Below are positions 1-11,651 of a stretch of 64,000 nucleotides of DNA, piece after piece; the stretch's first letter is position 1; every line of letters starts with the position of its first letter. Where the stretch lies: the NCBI GenBank assembly GCA_963720545.1, contig OY970399.1, forward strand, positions 1,056,001 through 1,120,000, written 5' to 3'. Under the pieces are notes generated by a model, which was not told where the DNA came from, made no database searches, and worked only from the letters and a program-made list of their open reading frames with translations. A program made the position numbers and the translations under genes. This stretch comes from an uncultured Acidobacteriota bacterium. Its GTDB lineage: Bacteria; Acidobacteriota; Vicinamibacteria; Fen-336.

Positions 1-804
1 CCGGTGGTGCGGCTGTCGCGCGACGCGCTCACCCACGAGATGCTGCTCACCGGCATGGGCCAGCTGCACGTCGAGGTGATCGTCAACCGGCTGCGCAAGC
101 GCTACAAGGTCGAGGTCAACCTCAAGCGGCCGAAGATCCCCTACCAGGAGACGATCAAGTCGACCGCGGAGGGCCATGGCCGCCACAAGAAGCAGACCGG
201 CGGCCACGGCCAGTTCGGCGACTGCAAGATCCGCGTGCGGCCGCTGCCGCGCGGCGCCGACTTCAAGTTCGTCGACGAGATCTTCGGCGGCTCGATTCCG
301 CGCAACTTCATCCCGGCGGTCGAGAAGGGCATCCAGGAGGCGCGCATCAAGGGTTACCTTGCCGGCTACCCGATGATCGACTTCCAGGTGGAGCTCCTGG
401 ACGGCGCCTACCACGACGTCGATTCATCCGAGATGGCCTTCAAGATCGCCGGCTCCCTGGCCTTCAAGGACGCGATGGCCAAGTCGCGGCCGACGCTGCT
501 GGAGCCGGTGATGAAGGTCGAGATCAACGTCCCCGACGAGTTCTCCGGAGCGGTCATGGGCGACCTCTCGGGGCGCCGCGGCCGGCCGCAGGGCCTGGAC
601 GCCCAGGGCGGCACCCAGATCATCCACGCCGAAGTGCCGCTTGCCGAGATGCTCTCCTACGACGCCGACCTGACGTCGATGACCGGCGGCCGGGGAACTT
701 ATCACATGGAAATGGCGCACTACGACGAGGTGCCGTCGCATCTTCAGGAGAAGATAGTGGCTGCGGCCCGGGCTGCCCGGGGCGAAGTCAAGGAGGAAGC
801 GTGA
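1..804 (+). CDS. Elongation factor G paralog (EF-G2-like), C-terminal part; 5'-truncated by window
   Basis: EF-G domain III-V motifs: [50 protein letters not shown]. Frame is open from base 1. Confidence 0.92.
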   Translation, partial: PVVRLSRDALTHEMLLTGMGQLHVEVIVNRLRKRYKVEVNLKRPKIPYQETIKSTAEGHGRHKKQTGGHGQFGDCKIRVRPLPRGADFKFVDEIFGGSIPRNFIPAVEKGIQEARIKGYLAGYPMIDFQVELLDGAYHDVDSSEMAFKIAGSLAFKDAMAKSRPTLLEPVMKVEINVPDEFSGAVMGDLSGRRGRPQGLDAQGGTQIIHAEVPLAEMLSYDADLTSMTGGRGTYHMEMAHYDEVPSHLQEKIVAAARAARGEVKEEA

Positions 805-2258
805 GCCGTGCCCTCGCGATCGCACTGAGCCTCATCCTGTCGGGCGTGACCGCGGCGGCATCTGCCGCGCCGCAGGAGCCGCCCGCCGACCCGTCGCTCA
901 AGGTGTCGGGCAAGGACGTGCCGCCGCCCAAGCGCGTCAAGATGACGCCACCCGTCTATCCGCCCGAAGCGCAGGCCCAGGGCATCCGCGGCATCGTCAT
1001 CATCGAGATCGTCATCGGCCCCGACGGCAAGGTGGCTTCGGCGCGCCTCATCCGCAGCATCCCCGGGCTCGACGAGGCGGCGCTCGACGCGGTGCGCCGC
1101 TGGGAGTACGAGGTGACGCGTGTCGACGGGCAGCCGGTAAAGGTGGTGCACACGGTGCCGATCACCTTCGCGCTGCGCCTGCCGGACGTCGAGCGGCAGG
1201 ACGGCGTGCCGGAACTGCGCGCGGGCGTGCTGCCGAAGGCGCCGCCGAATGCCGAGCGGCTGGGCAAGGCGGCGGTGCGCGCGCAGTTGACCGTCGAGCC
1301 CGACGGCCGCCTCAGCGACGCCGAGATCCTCGAGGGCGATCCGGCGCTTTCCGGGCCGGTGCTGGTGGCGCTCAACACGTGGCGCTTTGCCCCCGATCCG
1401 GAGGGCGCCACCGTCGTCTGCAAGCTGGTCGTCACCTTCGACCCGTCGGCGGGAGACGCCGCCAAGGTCGCCGTGCGCCTCGAGAGCCCGCGCAAGAGCC
1501 AGAGTGTCGCCGAGGCTGGTGCGGCGCCGGCCGCGCCATCACCCGCGGCTGCCGCGCCATCGCCCGCGGCTGCCGCGCCATCGCCCGCGGCGGCGCCGTC
1601 TTCGCCGGCAACGGCGCCCGCGGCGGCGCCTGCATCGGCACCATCCCCCGCCCCCGCAGGTCCGCAGCCGGTTCCGTCGGCGTCGCCCGCGGGCGTCCCG
1701 GTGGCGAGCACTACGCCGGCGCCGGCCGCCGCGCAGCCGTCGCCGTCGCCTATGCCACAGCCGGTGCCAGCGGCATCCGCGGTGCCTTCACCGGCCGCAC
1801 CAGCGCCCAGGGTTGCAGCCGGACCAACGCCCGCGCCCGTGCCCGCCACATCGCCGGCTCCGAAGGTGGCCACCGAGGTCATTTCCCAGCCGCCGCGCGC
1901 GGTGCTCGGTGCCGCGGCACCGCCGCCGCCGGCGGCTCCCGAGCAGGGCTTCTCGTCGATTCGCGACGTGACGCTCGGCCTCGGCGTTCCCGACCTCGTG
2001 AAGGGCCGCCGCCCGGTGGTGCCGCCGGTCGCGCGCATCAGCGGCGCCGAAGGCACGGTGCGCGTCGACTTCACCATCGATTCCGCCGGCCAGACGTCGG
2101 TGTCGCGCGTCGAGGGCGCCGACCTGCTGAAGGTCGCGGCGCAGCAGGCAGTGCAGTCGTGGGGCTTCAGGCGCACCACTCCCGAGCGCGTGGCGATGAC
2201 CGCGGAGTTCGTCTACAAGACCGACGCCGCCAGCGCGTCGGTGAAACCCCAGCAGTAA
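801..2258 (+). CDS. TonB family protein: signal/anchor, TonB C-terminal-like domains, long Pro/Ala linker
   Basis: [28 protein letters not shown]...[14 protein letters not shown] is a TonB_C signature. A second such domain lies at the C-terminus ([23 protein letters not shown]...AVQSWGF). GTGA overlap with the upstream stop. Confidence 0.85.
   Translation: MSRALAIALSLILSGVTAAASAAPQEPPADPSLKVSGKDVPPPKRVKMTPPVYPPEAQAQGIRGIVIIEIVIGPDGKVASARLIRSIPGLDEAALDAVRRWEYEVTRVDGQPVKVVHTVPITFALRLPDVERQDGVPELRAGVLPKAPPNAERLGKAAVRAQLTVEPDGRLSDAEILEGDPALSGPVLVALNTWRFAPDPEGATVVCKLVVTFDPSAGDAAKVAVRLESPRKSQSVAEAGAAPAAPSPAAAAPSPAAAAPSPAAAPSSPATAPAAAPASAPSPAPAGPQPVPSASPAGVPVASTTPAPAAAQPSPSPMPQPVPAASAVPSPAAPAPRVAAGPTPAPVPATSPAPKVATEVISQPPRAVLGAAAPPPPAAPEQGFSSIRDVTLGLGVPDLVKGRRPVVPPVARISGAEGTVRVDFTIDSAGQTSVSRVEGADLLKVAAQQAVQSWGFRRTTPERVAMTAEFVYKTDAASASVKPQQ
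1530..1592 (+). repeat. 21-bp tandem repeat x3 encoding AAPSPAA in the TonB linker
   Basis: gccgcgccatc(a/g)cccgcggc(t/g) at 1530, 1551 and 1572. Confidence 0.85.
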
Positions 2259-2264
2259 CAAGGC

Positions 2265-2294
2265 AAAACGGCCAGCGCGTGGGGCGCTGGCCGT
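2265..2294 (-). terminator. Intrinsic terminator after rplQ, between convergent genes
   Basis: 11-bp stem acggccagcgc/gcgctggccgt with a 5-nt loop; short U tract on the minus strand (aaaa 2265-2268). Confidence 0.7.
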
Positions 2295-2329
2295 CTGGGT
2301 GCGGCGAAGCGGGAGCGCGGCGCGCCTGG

Positions 2330-2838
2330 CTACTCGGCTGCTTCCGCGGCCGCCTTTTTGCCGCGAGCGGCCTTCTTCTTCGGGGCGTCCGTCGCAGCGG
2401 TGTCCTTGTCCTCGGCCTTGCCGCCCTTGGCTTTGGTTCCAGCCTTGGCCTTGTCTTCCTTGCCCTTGCCGGGGTCGAACTCGGAGCCGAGCAGCTCGAC
2501 GATCGCCATCTCGGCGCCGTCGCCGCGGCGCGGGCCGAGGCGCAGGATGCGGGTGTAGCCGCCGGCGCGGCCGCTGAAGCGCGCGCCGAGCGTGTCGAAC
2601 AGCTTGCTGACGACGCGCGGGTCGCGCACCTTGCGCAGCACCAGGCGGCGCGCGTGCAGCTTGTTCTCCTCGCGCTTCGCGATGGTGATGAGCTTCTCGG
2701 TGTACGGCCGCAACTCCTTGGCCTTCATCAAGGTGGTGCGGATGCGCTCTTTCTCGAGCAGCGCCGTCGCCAGGTTGCGGAGCATGGCGAGGCGGTGCGA
2801 CGAGGTGCGGCCGAGCTTGCGATGCGCGACGCCGTGCC

Positions 2839-2842
<4 letters not shown>
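2330..2842 (-). CDS. rplQ: 50S ribosomal protein L17 with Lys/Ala-rich C-terminal tail
   Basis: [23 protein letters not shown]...[20 protein letters not shown]. True ATG at 2842 overlaps the rpoA TGA. Confidence 0.97.
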
Positions 2843-3825
<983 letters not shown>

Positions 3826-3900
3826 TCTTTCTTGGCTCCTTACGTGGGAGGCCGCCGGCGCGCCCCGCCGCTGCGGGCCGCTGCTCGGTGCGCTCCGGTA

Positions 3901-4548
3901 CTACTTGGAGTACAGCTCGACGATGAGCTGTTCCTGGATCGGGAAATTGATGTCGTCGCGCGCTGGCAGGCCGATGACCTTGCCCTTGAGCGCGGCATGA
4001 TCGAGTTCGAGCCACTTCGGCACGCCGCGGCCCTTGGCGGAATCGACCGCCGCCTGCACCAGCGCGTTCTTCGCGGCGCCGGCCGACAGCGAGACCACGT
4101 CGCCCTGGCGCACCTGGTAGGACGGGATGTTGACCTTCTTCTCGTTCACCAGCACGTTGCCGTGGCGCACCAGCTGGCGCGCGGCGGCCTGCGAGGCGCC
4201 GAAGCCGAGGCGGTAGACCACGGTGCACAGCCGCCGCTCGAGCTTCTGCAGCAGCAGCTCGCCGACCACGCCCTTCTCGCGCGCGGCCTTCTGGAAGGTG
4301 AGCGCGAACTGCCCCTCGAGCATGCCGTAGAGGCGCTTCACCTTCTGCTTCTCGCGCATCTGCAGGCCGTAGCCCTGCGGCTTCGACTTGGGACGGCCGT
4401 TCTTGCCGCCGCCCTTGCCGTGCTGCCCGGGCGCGTAGTTGCGCTTCTCGATGGCGCACTTCTCGGTGAAGCAGCGGTCGCCCTTGAGGAACAGCTTCAT
4501 GCCCTCGCGGCGGCACAGACGACAGACGGAACCAACGTACCTGGCCAA
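3901..4548 (-). CDS. rpsD: 30S ribosomal protein S4
   Basis: ARYVGSVCRLCRREGMKLFLKG, YAPGQHG, EKQKVKRLYG, LIVELYSK; TTG start. Confidence 0.97.
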   Translation of the reverse strand: MARYVGSVCRLCRREGMKLFLKGDRCFTEKCAIEKRNYAPGQHGKGGGKNGRPKSKPQGYGLQMREKQKVKRLYGMLEGQFALTFQKAAREKGVVGELLLQKLERRLCTVVYRLGFGASQAAARQLVRHGNVLVNEKKVNIPSYQVRQGDVVSLSAGAAKNALVQAAVDSAKGRGVPKWLELDHAALKGKVIGLPARDDINFPIQEQLIVELYSK

Positions 4549-4561
4549 GAAATCTTCTCCG

Positions 4562-5017
4562 TTACACGCGGCGGCGCTTGGGCGGCCGGCAACCGTTGTG
4601 GGGAATGGGGGTGACGTCCCTGATGGACTTGATCTCGACGCCCGCAGCCTGCAGCGCGCGGATCGCCGACTCGCGGCCGCTGCCCGGGCCCTTGACGCGG
4701 ATGTCGAGCGAGCGCAGGCCGTGGTCCTTGGCGACGTTCGCGGCGGTGGTCGCGGCCTGCTGGGCGGCGAAGGGCGTGCCCTTGCGCGAACCCTTGAAGC
4801 CGAGCGAACCAGACGACGACCAGGCGACGACCTGGCCTTCCTGGTCGGCGATCGTCACCTGGGTGTTGTTGAACGAGGCGTGGATGTGGGCGATGCCGTG
4901 AACGAGGTGGCGGCGCTCCTTCTTGCCCTTCTTGCCCGAGGACGCGGGCTTGGCCGGCGTCGGCGCCGCGCCGGTGGCTGCTGCTGGTGTTGCTGCGGTC
5001 GGTGTGGTGGTTGACAT
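4562..5017 (-). CDS. rpsK: 30S ribosomal protein S11
   Basis: [41 protein letters not shown]. Confidence 0.98.
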   Translation of the reverse strand: MSTTTPTAATPAAATGAAPTPAKPASSGKKGKKERRHLVHGIAHIHASFNNTQVTIADQEGQVVAWSSSGSLGFKGSRKGTPFAAQQAATTAANVAKDHGLRSLDIRVKGPGSGRESAIRALQAAGVEIKSIRDVTPIPHNGCRPPKRRRV

Positions 5018-5029
5018 TCCTGGCCTTGG

Positions 5030-5416
5030 TTACGACGCCTTGGGCGCGACCGGCTTGGAACGCTGCACGGTGCGGCGCGGTCCCTTGCGCGTGCGCGCGT
5101 TGGTGTGGGTGCGCTGGCCGCGCACCGGCAGGCTGCGGCGATGCCGCGCGCCGCGATACGAGCCGATTTCCATCAGGCGCTTGATGTTGAGCGAGATCTC
5201 CTTGCGCAGGTCGCCTTCGACGCTGCCCTGGGCCTCGATTACCTTCTGGATGCGGCTCACTTCTTCCTCGGACAGGTCCTTGACCCGCACGGTGCGATCG
5301 ATGCCGGCCTCGCCGAGAATGCGGCCGCTGCGATGCACGCCGATCCCGTAAATGTAGGTGAGGGCCACCTCGACGCGCTTCCCGCGCGGCAGGTCGACGC
5401 CCGCGACACGTGCCAT
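5030..5416 (-). CDS. rpsM: 30S ribosomal protein S13
   Basis: [35 protein letters not shown]. Confidence 0.98.
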   Translation of the reverse strand: MARVAGVDLPRGKRVEVALTYIYGIGVHRSGRILGEAGIDRTVRVKDLSEEEVSRIQKVIEAQGSVEGDLRKEISLNIKRLMEIGSYRGARHRRSLPVRGQRTHTNARTRKGPRRTVQRSKPVAPKAS

Positions 5417-5419
5417 TCC

Positions 5420-5533
5420 TTAACCCTGCCTCTGCTTGTGTTTCTGGTTGGCGCACACGATCCGCACGACGCCGGAACGGCGCACAACCTTGCACTTCAC
5501 ACAGATCTTCTTGACGGACGACCTGACTTTCAC
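5420..5533 (-). CDS. rpmJ: 50S ribosomal protein L36 (zinc-binding form)
   Basis: Manual translation from [40 protein letters not shown] (not in ORF track). Confidence 0.96.
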   Translation of the reverse strand: MKVRSSVKKICVKCKVVRRSGVVRIVCANQKHKQRQG

Positions 5534-5583
5534 GCTGCTCCCCTGGAAATCGAAAGGAAAGTTGGAGCCCCGCAGGACTCAAC

Positions 5584-5613
5584 GCGGCGTCTCGCCGCAA
5601 AACCTAGAGTATA
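5584..5613 (-). promoter_or_regulatory. Candidate -10 box (TATACT) and leader hairpin for the rpmJ-rpsM (alpha) operon
   Basis: agtata at 5608-5613 in an AT-rich patch; hairpin gcggcg/cgccgc at 5584-5598; no good -35. Confidence 0.45.
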
Positions 5614-5620
5614 CATCACT

Positions 5621-5863
5621 TCAAGCTTTTTTTCGGACCACGCGGCCCCGGCTGTGGTCGTACGGCATCAGCTCGACTTCGACCCGGTCGCCCACCCGCA
5701 GCCGGAGGTTGGAAGACCCGGCATTGAGGTGCACCTGCACCTGCGCTCCCCCGCCTTCGGCCCCCAGACCCGCCCAGAAGAGCCCATTTGGCAAGGTTTC
5801 GAGGATCCGGGCTTCGAGCGTGACGGGCAGGCCGGCGGGACCAGGGGTCCGGCTCGGCGCCAT
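5621..5863 (-). CDS. infA: Translation initiation factor IF-1-like protein (divergent)
   Basis: ILETLPNGLF...GDRVEVELMPYDHSRGRVV; syntenic between adk and rpmJ; ATG 5863 overlaps the adk stop; lacks HISGKMR. Confidence 0.8.
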   Translation of the reverse strand: MAPSRTPGPAGLPVTLEARILETLPNGLFWAGLGAEGGGAQVQVHLNAGSSNLRLRVGDRVEVELMPYDHSRGRVVRKKA

Positions 5864-6537
5864 CAGTCGCCCCGTCCGATCCGGTCGAGGATCTGCTGGT
5901 ACACGTCGTCCACGTTGCCGGTCGCGTCGATGCGATGGAAGCGCGGGCTGGCGCCGTAGAAATCGATGAGCGGCGAGGTGCGCAGCTCGTATTCCTCGAG
6001 GCGGCGCGCCACCGCTTCCTCGGCGTCGTCGTCGCGCTGGAACAGGTCGGCGCCCTCGCGATCGCACTTGCCCGCGACCTTCGGCGGCTTCGAGTCGATG
6101 TGGTAGGTCGACTGGCAGACCGGGCACCAGCGGCGTCCCGAAAGCCGCCGCAGCACTTCCTCCTTCGGCAGCACGAACAGCACCACGTCGTCGTTGTTGC
6201 GTGAGCCGCCGTTCATGCGCACGAACGCCTCGGCCTGGCCGACGGTGCGCGGGAAGCCGTCGAGCAGCACGCCCTTCTGCGCGTCTTCTTCCTTCAGGCG
6301 TTCGCCGATGAGGCCGATGAGCAGCTCGTCCGGCACCAGCCGGCCGCGCTCCATGAGGGGTGCCGCCTGCCGCCCCAGCTCGGTGCCGGCGGCGACCGCC
6401 TCGCGCAGGATGTCGCCGGTCGAAATCCGCGGTATGCCGAGGTGCGCGGCGACGCGCACCGCCTGGGTGCCCTTGCCGGCACCAGGCGGTCCGAGAAAGA
6501 TGATCCGGGCGGGCCCGGAACTGCTACCGCCGGCCAC
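5863..6537 (-). CDS. adk: Adenylate kinase with Zn-type LID
   Basis: IIFLGPPGAGKGTQA, ISTGDILR, LLDGFPRT, CPVC...CD. Confidence 0.97.
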   Translation of the reverse strand: MAGGSSSGPARIIFLGPPGAGKGTQAVRVAAHLGIPRISTGDILREAVAAGTELGRQAAPLMERGRLVPDELLIGLIGERLKEEDAQKGVLLDGFPRTVGQAEAFVRMNGGSRNNDDVVLFVLPKEEVLRRLSGRRWCPVCQSTYHIDSKPPKVAGKCDREGADLFQRDDDAEEAVARRLEEYELRTSPLIDFYGASPRFHRIDATGNVDDVYQQILDRIGRGD

Positions 6538-7936
6538 GAATGCGCCGGCCGCTACCGGCGAAACCGTCGTAGTGGCGCATCACCAGCTGCGCCTCGACCT
6601 GCGACACGGTGTCCATCGCGACGCCGACGACGATCAGCAGCGAGGTGCCGCCGAAGAAGAAGTTGAGGTGCAGGCCCTCGGTGATCCAGCCGAGGCCGTT
6701 GTTGGTGAGGAAGGCGTCGAGCGGCGCGCCGATCACCGGGATCGGCGCCACCTTGAAGCCGGCCATCAGGAACTCGGGCAGCAGCGCGACCAGCGCCAGG
6801 TAGATGGCGCCGCCGAAGGTGATGCGGCCGAGGATGTGGTCGAGGTATTCGGCGGTCTTCTTGCCGGGACGGATGCCAGGGACGAAGCCGCCGTACTTGC
6901 GCATGTTCTCGGCGACGTCGTCGGGGTTGAAGACGATCGACGTGTAGAAGTAGCAGAAGAAGATGATGAAGGAGACGTACAGCAGGTTGTAGAGCGGCAT
7001 GCCCCACTGCAGCTGCTCGAACACCGACGCCATCCAGCCGGTGTGGTTGTCGCCGCGCAGCATCTGCGTGATCGTCTGCGGGAAGGCGATGATGGAGGAG
7101 GCGAAGATCACCGGGATCACGCCCGAGGTGTTGACGCGCAGCGGCAGGTGCGTCGAGGTGCCGCCGTACATGCGCCGCCCGACCACGCGCTTCGCGTATT
7201 GCACGGTGATGCGCCGCTGGCCGCGCTCCACGAACACGATCGCGGCCACCACCAGGAACATCATGGCGAGCAGCAGCAGCGCCGCGATGATGCTGAGCTC
7301 GTTGCGGCGGATCATGTCGATGGTGCTGAACAGCGCGTGCGGGAAGCCGGCGACGATGCCGGCGAAGATCAGCAGGCTCATGCCGTTGCCGATGCCGCGC
7401 TCGGTGATCTGCTCGCCCAGCCACATGATGAAGGCGGTGCCGGTGGTGAGCGTCAGCACCGTCAGTGCCGTGAAGCCCCAGCCGGGGCGCTCGACGATGC
7501 GGTACTGCGCGCTCAGGGTCAGGCTCTCGAGGTAGCGGGCGATCGCCAGCGACTGCACGATCGAGAGCAGCACCGTGCCGTAGCGCGTCCACTGCGTGAT
7601 CTTGCGCCGGCCCAGCTCGCCTTCCTTGGAGATGCGCTCGAGCGTCGGCCACACCACCGTGAGGATCTGCAGGATGATCGAAGCCGAGATGTACGGCATG
7701 ATGCCGAGCGCGAAGATCGTGACCTTCGAGAGGTTGCCGCCGGAGAACATGTCGACGAGCCCGAACCAGTTGCCCTGGTTCTGCTGGAAGAAGTCGACGA
7801 GCGCCTTGGCGTTGATGCCGGGCGTCGGGATGTGGTAGCCGAGGCGGTACACCGCCAGCAGGCCGAGCGTGAACAGCACCCGCTTGCGCAGGTCGGGAAT
7901 TTCCCAGATGTTCTTGAGGCTCTGCACGATCTGCAT
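6524..7936 (-). CDS. secY: Preprotein translocase SecY
   Basis: IFALGIMPYISASII, WLGEQITERGIGNGMSLLIF, GGFVPGIRPG, FGGTSLLIVVGV. Confidence 0.98.
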   Translation of the reverse strand: MQIVQSLKNIWEIPDLRKRVLFTLGLLAVYRLGYHIPTPGINAKALVDFFQQNQGNWFGLVDMFSGGNLSKVTIFALGIMPYISASIILQILTVVWPTLERISKEGELGRRKITQWTRYGTVLLSIVQSLAIARYLESLTLSAQYRIVERPGWGFTALTVLTLTTGTAFIMWLGEQITERGIGNGMSLLIFAGIVAGFPHALFSTIDMIRRNELSIIAALLLLAMMFLVVAAIVFVERGQRRITVQYAKRVVGRRMYGGTSTHLPLRVNTSGVIPVIFASSIIAFPQTITQMLRGDNHTGWMASVFEQLQWGMPLYNLLYVSFIIFFCYFYTSIVFNPDDVAENMRKYGGFVPGIRPGKKTAEYLDHILGRITFGGAIYLALVALLPEFLMAGFKVAPIPVIGAPLDAFLTNNGLGWITEGLHLNFFFGGTSLLIVVGVAMDTVSQVEAQLVMRHYDGFAGSGRRIRGRR

Positions 7937-7938
7937 CG

Positions 7939-8388
7939 CTAGCCCTCGATGATTTCGGTCTTGCCGCCGGCTTTCGCGATGCGCTCGGTCGCGCCCGCGC
8001 TGAACTTGTGGGCCTTCACGGTGAGGGCCTTGGTGAGGTCGCCCTTGCCGAGGACCTTGACCCCCTCGCGCAGGTTCTTGATCAGGCCCTTCTCGACCAG
8101 CGACTCGGGCGTGACGATGGCGCCCGCCTCGAACGTCTCGAGGCTGCCGAGGTTGACGAGCACGTAGCGCTTGCGGAACGGCTCGTTGCTGAAGCCGCGC
8201 TTCGGCACGCGCCGGTGCAGCGGCATCTGGCCGCCCTCGAAGCCGATCTTGCGCCCGTAGCCGCTGCGGCTCTTCTGGCCTTTCTCACCGCGGCCGGACG
8301 TCTTGCCCAGGCCGCTGCCCGGACCGCGGCCCACGCGCTTGCGCTCGCGGACGCTGCCCTTGGCGGGTTTGAGGTTGTGCAGACCCAT
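7939..8388 (-). CDS. rplO: 50S ribosomal protein L15
   Basis: [43 protein letters not shown]. Confidence 0.98.
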   Translation of the reverse strand: MGLHNLKPAKGSVRERKRVGRGPGSGLGKTSGRGEKGQKSRSGYGRKIGFEGGQMPLHRRVPKRGFSNEPFRKRYVLVNLGSLETFEAGAIVTPESLVEKGLIKNLREGVKVLGKGDLTKALTVKAHKFSAGATERIAKAGGKTEIIEG

Positions 8389-8418
8389 GATTTCGTTCCT
8401 CTTCCGTGGCTTCTTGCG

Positions 8419-8622
8419 CTAGTCCGTGATCGCGACGAGGTGGGGCACCTTGCGCACCATGCCGCGGATCTCCACGGTGTCCATCCGCTCCACCACCTGG
8501 TGCATGCGGCGCAGGCCGAGGCCGCGCACGGTTGCGCGCTGGCTGTCGGTGCAGCCGATGACGCTGCCCACCATCTTGATCTTGAGGGTCTTGCCCGACG
8601 GGCTCTTGCCGGTCTTGCTCAT
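8419..8622 (-). CDS. rpmD: 50S ribosomal protein L30
   Basis: SVIG...[15 protein letters not shown]...[12 protein letters not shown]. Confidence 0.95.
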   Translation of the reverse strand: MSKTGKSPSGKTLKIKMVGSVIGCTDSQRATVRGLGLRRMHQVVERMDTVEIRGMVRKVPHLVAITD

Positions 8623-9173
8623 GCCTGGGCCGCCTTCTCCTTCTTCTTCTTCTCGGCGGGCGCGAAGTCCGCCAGTTCCTTGCCGCGCAGACGCGCCACG
8701 CGCTCGGGCGGGCGCAGCCCGGTGAGCGCTTCCATGGTCGCCTTCACCACGTTGTGCGCGGTGGTGCTGCCGAGGCTCTTGGTGAGGATGTTCTGGATGC
8801 CGGCCGCGGTGATGACGGCGCGCACCGCGCCGCCGGCGATGACGCCGGTGCCTTCGGACGCCGGCCGCAGCATCACGCGGCCGGAACCGAAGCGGCCGGT
8901 GATGGCGTGCGGGATGGTGCTGCCCTTGTCGGTGATCGGCACGCGCACGATGTTCTTCTTCGCCGCCTCGATGCCCTTCTTGATGGCCGCCGAGACTTCG
9001 CGCGCCTTGCCCATGCCGTAGCCGACATGCCCGCCGCCGTCGCCCACCACCACCAGCGCGCTGAACGACAGGTTCTTGCCGCCCTTCACGACCTTGGTGA
9101 CGCGGTTGATCCCGACCACCTGGTCCTTGAGGTCCAGGCCCGAGATGTCGATCTTTTCGATAAGTGGCTTCAT
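8619..9173 (-). CDS. rpsE: 30S ribosomal protein S5
   Basis: [36 protein letters not shown]. Confidence 0.98.
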   Translation of the reverse strand: MKPLIEKIDISGLDLKDQVVGINRVTKVVKGGKNLSFSALVVVGDGGGHVGYGMGKAREVSAAIKKGIEAAKKNIVRVPITDKGSTIPHAITGRFGSGRVMLRPASEGTGVIAGGAVRAVITAAGIQNILTKSLGSTTAHNVVKATMEALTGLRPPERVARLRGKELADFAPAEKKKKEKAAQA

Positions 9174-9194
9174 TCTTGCCTCAGTGACGTCTGC

Positions 9195-9554
9195 CTAGAA
9201 CTTGAGGCCGCCCTCACGGGCGGCGTCGGCGAGGGCCTTGATGCGGCCGTGATACTGGAACCCGCCGCGGTCGAAGACCACGCGGTCGACGCCCTTGGCC
9301 TTGGCGCGCTCCGCGATGAGCGTGCCGACTTCCTTGGCGGCGGCGATGTTGGCGCCGCTCTTGGCCTTGAAGTCCTTGTCCACCGACGACGCGTGGCAGA
9401 CGGTCTTGCCGGCGAGGTCGTCGATGACCTGGGCGTAGATGTGCGCCTGGCTGCGGAACACGGCGAGGCGCGGACGCGCATCGCTGCCGGAAAGGCTCTT
9501 GCGGATGCGGCGGTGCAGCCGCAGCCTGGTCTCTTCCTTGGTTCTGACGCTCAC
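9195..9554 (-). CDS. rplR: 50S ribosomal protein L18
   Basis: [46 protein letters not shown]. Confidence 0.98.
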   Translation of the reverse strand: MSVRTKEETRLRLHRRIRKSLSGSDARPRLAVFRSQAHIYAQVIDDLAGKTVCHASSVDKDFKAKSGANIAAAKEVGTLIAERAKAKGVDRVVFDRGGFQYHGRIKALADAAREGGLKF

Positions 9555-9555
9555 C

Positions 9556-10107
9556 TTACTTCGCTCCTCCGGTGGCCCCGGCCTTGCCTGCCTTCTTCTT
9601 CAGGACTTCGCCCATGTAGCGGATGCCCTTCTGCTTGTACGGATCGGGCTTGCGCAGCCTGCGGATCTCGGCCGCCACCTGGCCCACCTGCTGGCGGTCG
9701 TTGCCGCTCACCACGATATGGGTCTGCTTGTCGATCGCGATCTTGATGCCCTCGGGCACCTTGAATTCCACCGGGTGCGAGTAGCCGAGCGCAAACACCA
9801 CCTTGCCGCCCTCGACCGCCGCGCGGTAGCCGACGCCGACGATGTCGAGCTCGCGCGAGAAGCCGGTGGTGACGCCGGTGACCGCGTTCTGCGCCAGCGC
9901 GCGTGCCAGGCCGTGGAAGGCGCGCACCTGGCGCTCCTCGTTCTTGCGGCTGCACAGGAGCTCGGCGCCCTGCACCTCGAACGAGATGCCGGGCGGGATC
10001 GGGCTCTGCAGCTTGCCCTTCGGTCCCTGCACCTCGAGCATCTCGGCCGAGATCCGGATCTTGACGTCCTTGGGGACGACTATTGGCTTCTTGCCGACGC
10101 GCGACAT
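9556..10107 (-). CDS. rplF: 50S ribosomal protein L6
   Basis: [33 protein letters not shown]. Confidence 0.98.
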   Translation of the reverse strand: MSRVGKKPIVVPKDVKIRISAEMLEVQGPKGKLQSPIPPGISFEVQGAELLCSRKNEERQVRAFHGLARALAQNAVTGVTTGFSRELDIVGVGYRAAVEGGKVVFALGYSHPVEFKVPEGIKIAIDKQTHIVVSGNDRQQVGQVAAEIRRLRKPDPYKQKGIRYMGEVLKKKAGKAGATGGAK

Positions 10108-10122
10108 TTTGCTAGTGCTCCC

Positions 10123-10521
10123 TTACCAGACGTTGCAGAGGATCTCGCCACCGACGCCTTCGCGCGCCGCCGTGCGCCCGGTCATGACGCCGCGCGAGGT
10201 CGAGAGGATGTTGATGCCGAGACCGCCGTAAACGCGCGGGATGGCGTCCTTGCCGCAGTAGATGCGGCAGCCGGGACGGCTGACGCGTTCCACCTGGTTG
10301 ATGATGCGCTCGCTGCCCGGGCCGTACTTCAGGAACACGCGCAGCGTGTTCTTGCCGTCGTCCTCGCCAAGCCGGAAGTTCGCGACGTAGCCCTCGTCCT
10401 TGAGGATCTTCGCGATTTCCACCTTGAGGTGCGACGACGGCATGTCCACCTTCGCGAGGTTGGCGCGGACCCCGTTGCGGATCCGGGTGAGCATGTCGGC
10501 GACTGGGTCGGTCATGTTCAT
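10123..10521 (-). CDS. rpsH: 30S ribosomal protein S8
   Basis: TDPVADMLTRIRN, VSRPGCRIY, GLGINILSTSRGVMT. Confidence 0.98.
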   Translation of the reverse strand: MNMTDPVADMLTRIRNGVRANLAKVDMPSSHLKVEIAKILKDEGYVANFRLGEDDGKNTLRVFLKYGPGSERIINQVERVSRPGCRIYCGKDAIPRVYGGLGINILSTSRGVMTGRTAAREGVGGEILCNVW

Positions 10522-10534
10522 TGCAGGCGCCTCC

Positions 10535-10720
10535 CTACCAGCTGGCCTTGATGACGCCGGGAATCTCGCCGGCGAGGGCGTTCTTGCGGAAGCAGATGCG
10601 GCACATCTGGAACTTCCGGATGTAGGCCCGCGGCCGGCCGCACTGGCGGCACCGCGTGTACTTGCGCACTGCGAACTTCGGCGTTCGCTGGGCCTTGGCG
10701 ATAAGCGAAAGCTTGGCCAC
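10535..10720 (-). CDS. rpsN: 30S ribosomal protein S14, type Z (zinc-binding)
   Basis: 61 aa; [10 protein letters not shown]...MCRICFR...IPGVIKASW. Confidence 0.97.
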   Translation of the reverse strand: MAKLSLIAKAQRTPKFAVRKYTRCRQCGRPRAYIRKFQMCRICFRKNALAGEIPGVIKASW

Positions 10721-10729
10721 GTTCTCTCC

Positions 10730-11272
10730 CTATTGTCTGAACGGCATGCCCAGGTAGCGCAGCAGCGTCCTGGACTCTTCGTCGGTTCGTGCCGACGTCA
10801 CGAAGGTCACGTTCATTCCGCGGAGCTTGTCGACCTTGGCGTAGTCGATCTCCGTGAAGATGATCTGGTCCGGCAGGCCGAGCGTGTAGCTGCCGCGGCC
10901 GTCGAACGAGTTGGGCGGCACGCCGCGGAAGTCGCGCACGCGCGGCAATGCGATGTTCACCAGCCGGTCGACGAACTCGTACATGCGGTCGCCGCGCAGC
11001 GTCACCGCGGCTGCGATCGGCATGCCCTTGCGCAGCTTGAAGGCGGCGATCGACTTCTTCGAACGGCGCAGCGCCGGCTTCTGGCCGGCAATGCGGCCGA
11101 GCTCGTCCATGGCCGCGTCCAGCAGCTTGATGTTCTGCGTGGCTTCGCCGACGCCCATGTTGAGCACCACCTTGCGCAGCTTCGGCACCGCCATGACGTT
11201 CGGGTACTTCTGCTCCTTGAGCAGGCGGGGCACGATTTCCTTGACGTAGGTTTCCTTGAGGCGCGCGGTCAT
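10730..11272 (-). CDS. rplE: 50S ribosomal protein L5
   Basis: [37 protein letters not shown]. Confidence 0.98.
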   Translation of the reverse strand: MTARLKETYVKEIVPRLLKEQKYPNVMAVPKLRKVVLNMGVGEATQNIKLLDAAMDELGRIAGQKPALRRSKKSIAAFKLRKGMPIAAAVTLRGDRMYEFVDRLVNIALPRVRDFRGVPPNSFDGRGSYTLGLPDQIIFTEIDYAKVDKLRGMNVTFVTSARTDEESRTLLRYLGMPFRQ

Positions 11273-11284
11273 TGGTTCCTTCCC

Positions 11285-11647
11285 CTACTTGCCCAGCGTC
11301 CCGCCGCACTTGCGGCAGACACGCGACTTGGCGCCGTCGGCGTCGGCCTTCCAGCCGATGCGGGTGCGCTTGTTGCACTCGGGGCAGACGATCTGCACGT
11401 TCGAGACGTGGATCGAGGCCTCGCGCTCGGCGATGCCGCCCTTGATCTTGCGCGTCGGGTTGGGCTTGGTGTGCTTCTTCACGAAGTTCACGCCCTGGAC
11501 GATGACGCGGTTCTTGGTCGGCAGGATCTCGAGGACCTTGCCGCGCTTGGCGGGATCCGCGTCCTTGCCGGCGATCACCTCGACGAGGTCGCCCTTGACG
11601 AGGCGGATGCGGTGCCGCTCGGGAGCCTGATGTCTGATGCGGGCCAT
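11285..11647 (-). CDS. rplX: 50S ribosomal protein L24
   Basis: KGDLVEVIAGKD, GVNFVKKH, GGIAEREASIHVSNV; CPEC/CRKC pair. Confidence 0.97.
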   Translation of the reverse strand: MARIRHQAPERHRIRLVKGDLVEVIAGKDADPAKRGKVLEILPTKNRVIVQGVNFVKKHTKPNPTRKIKGGIAEREASIHVSNVQIVCPECNKRTRIGWKADADGAKSRVCRKCGGTLGK

Positions 11648-11651
11648 GGCC

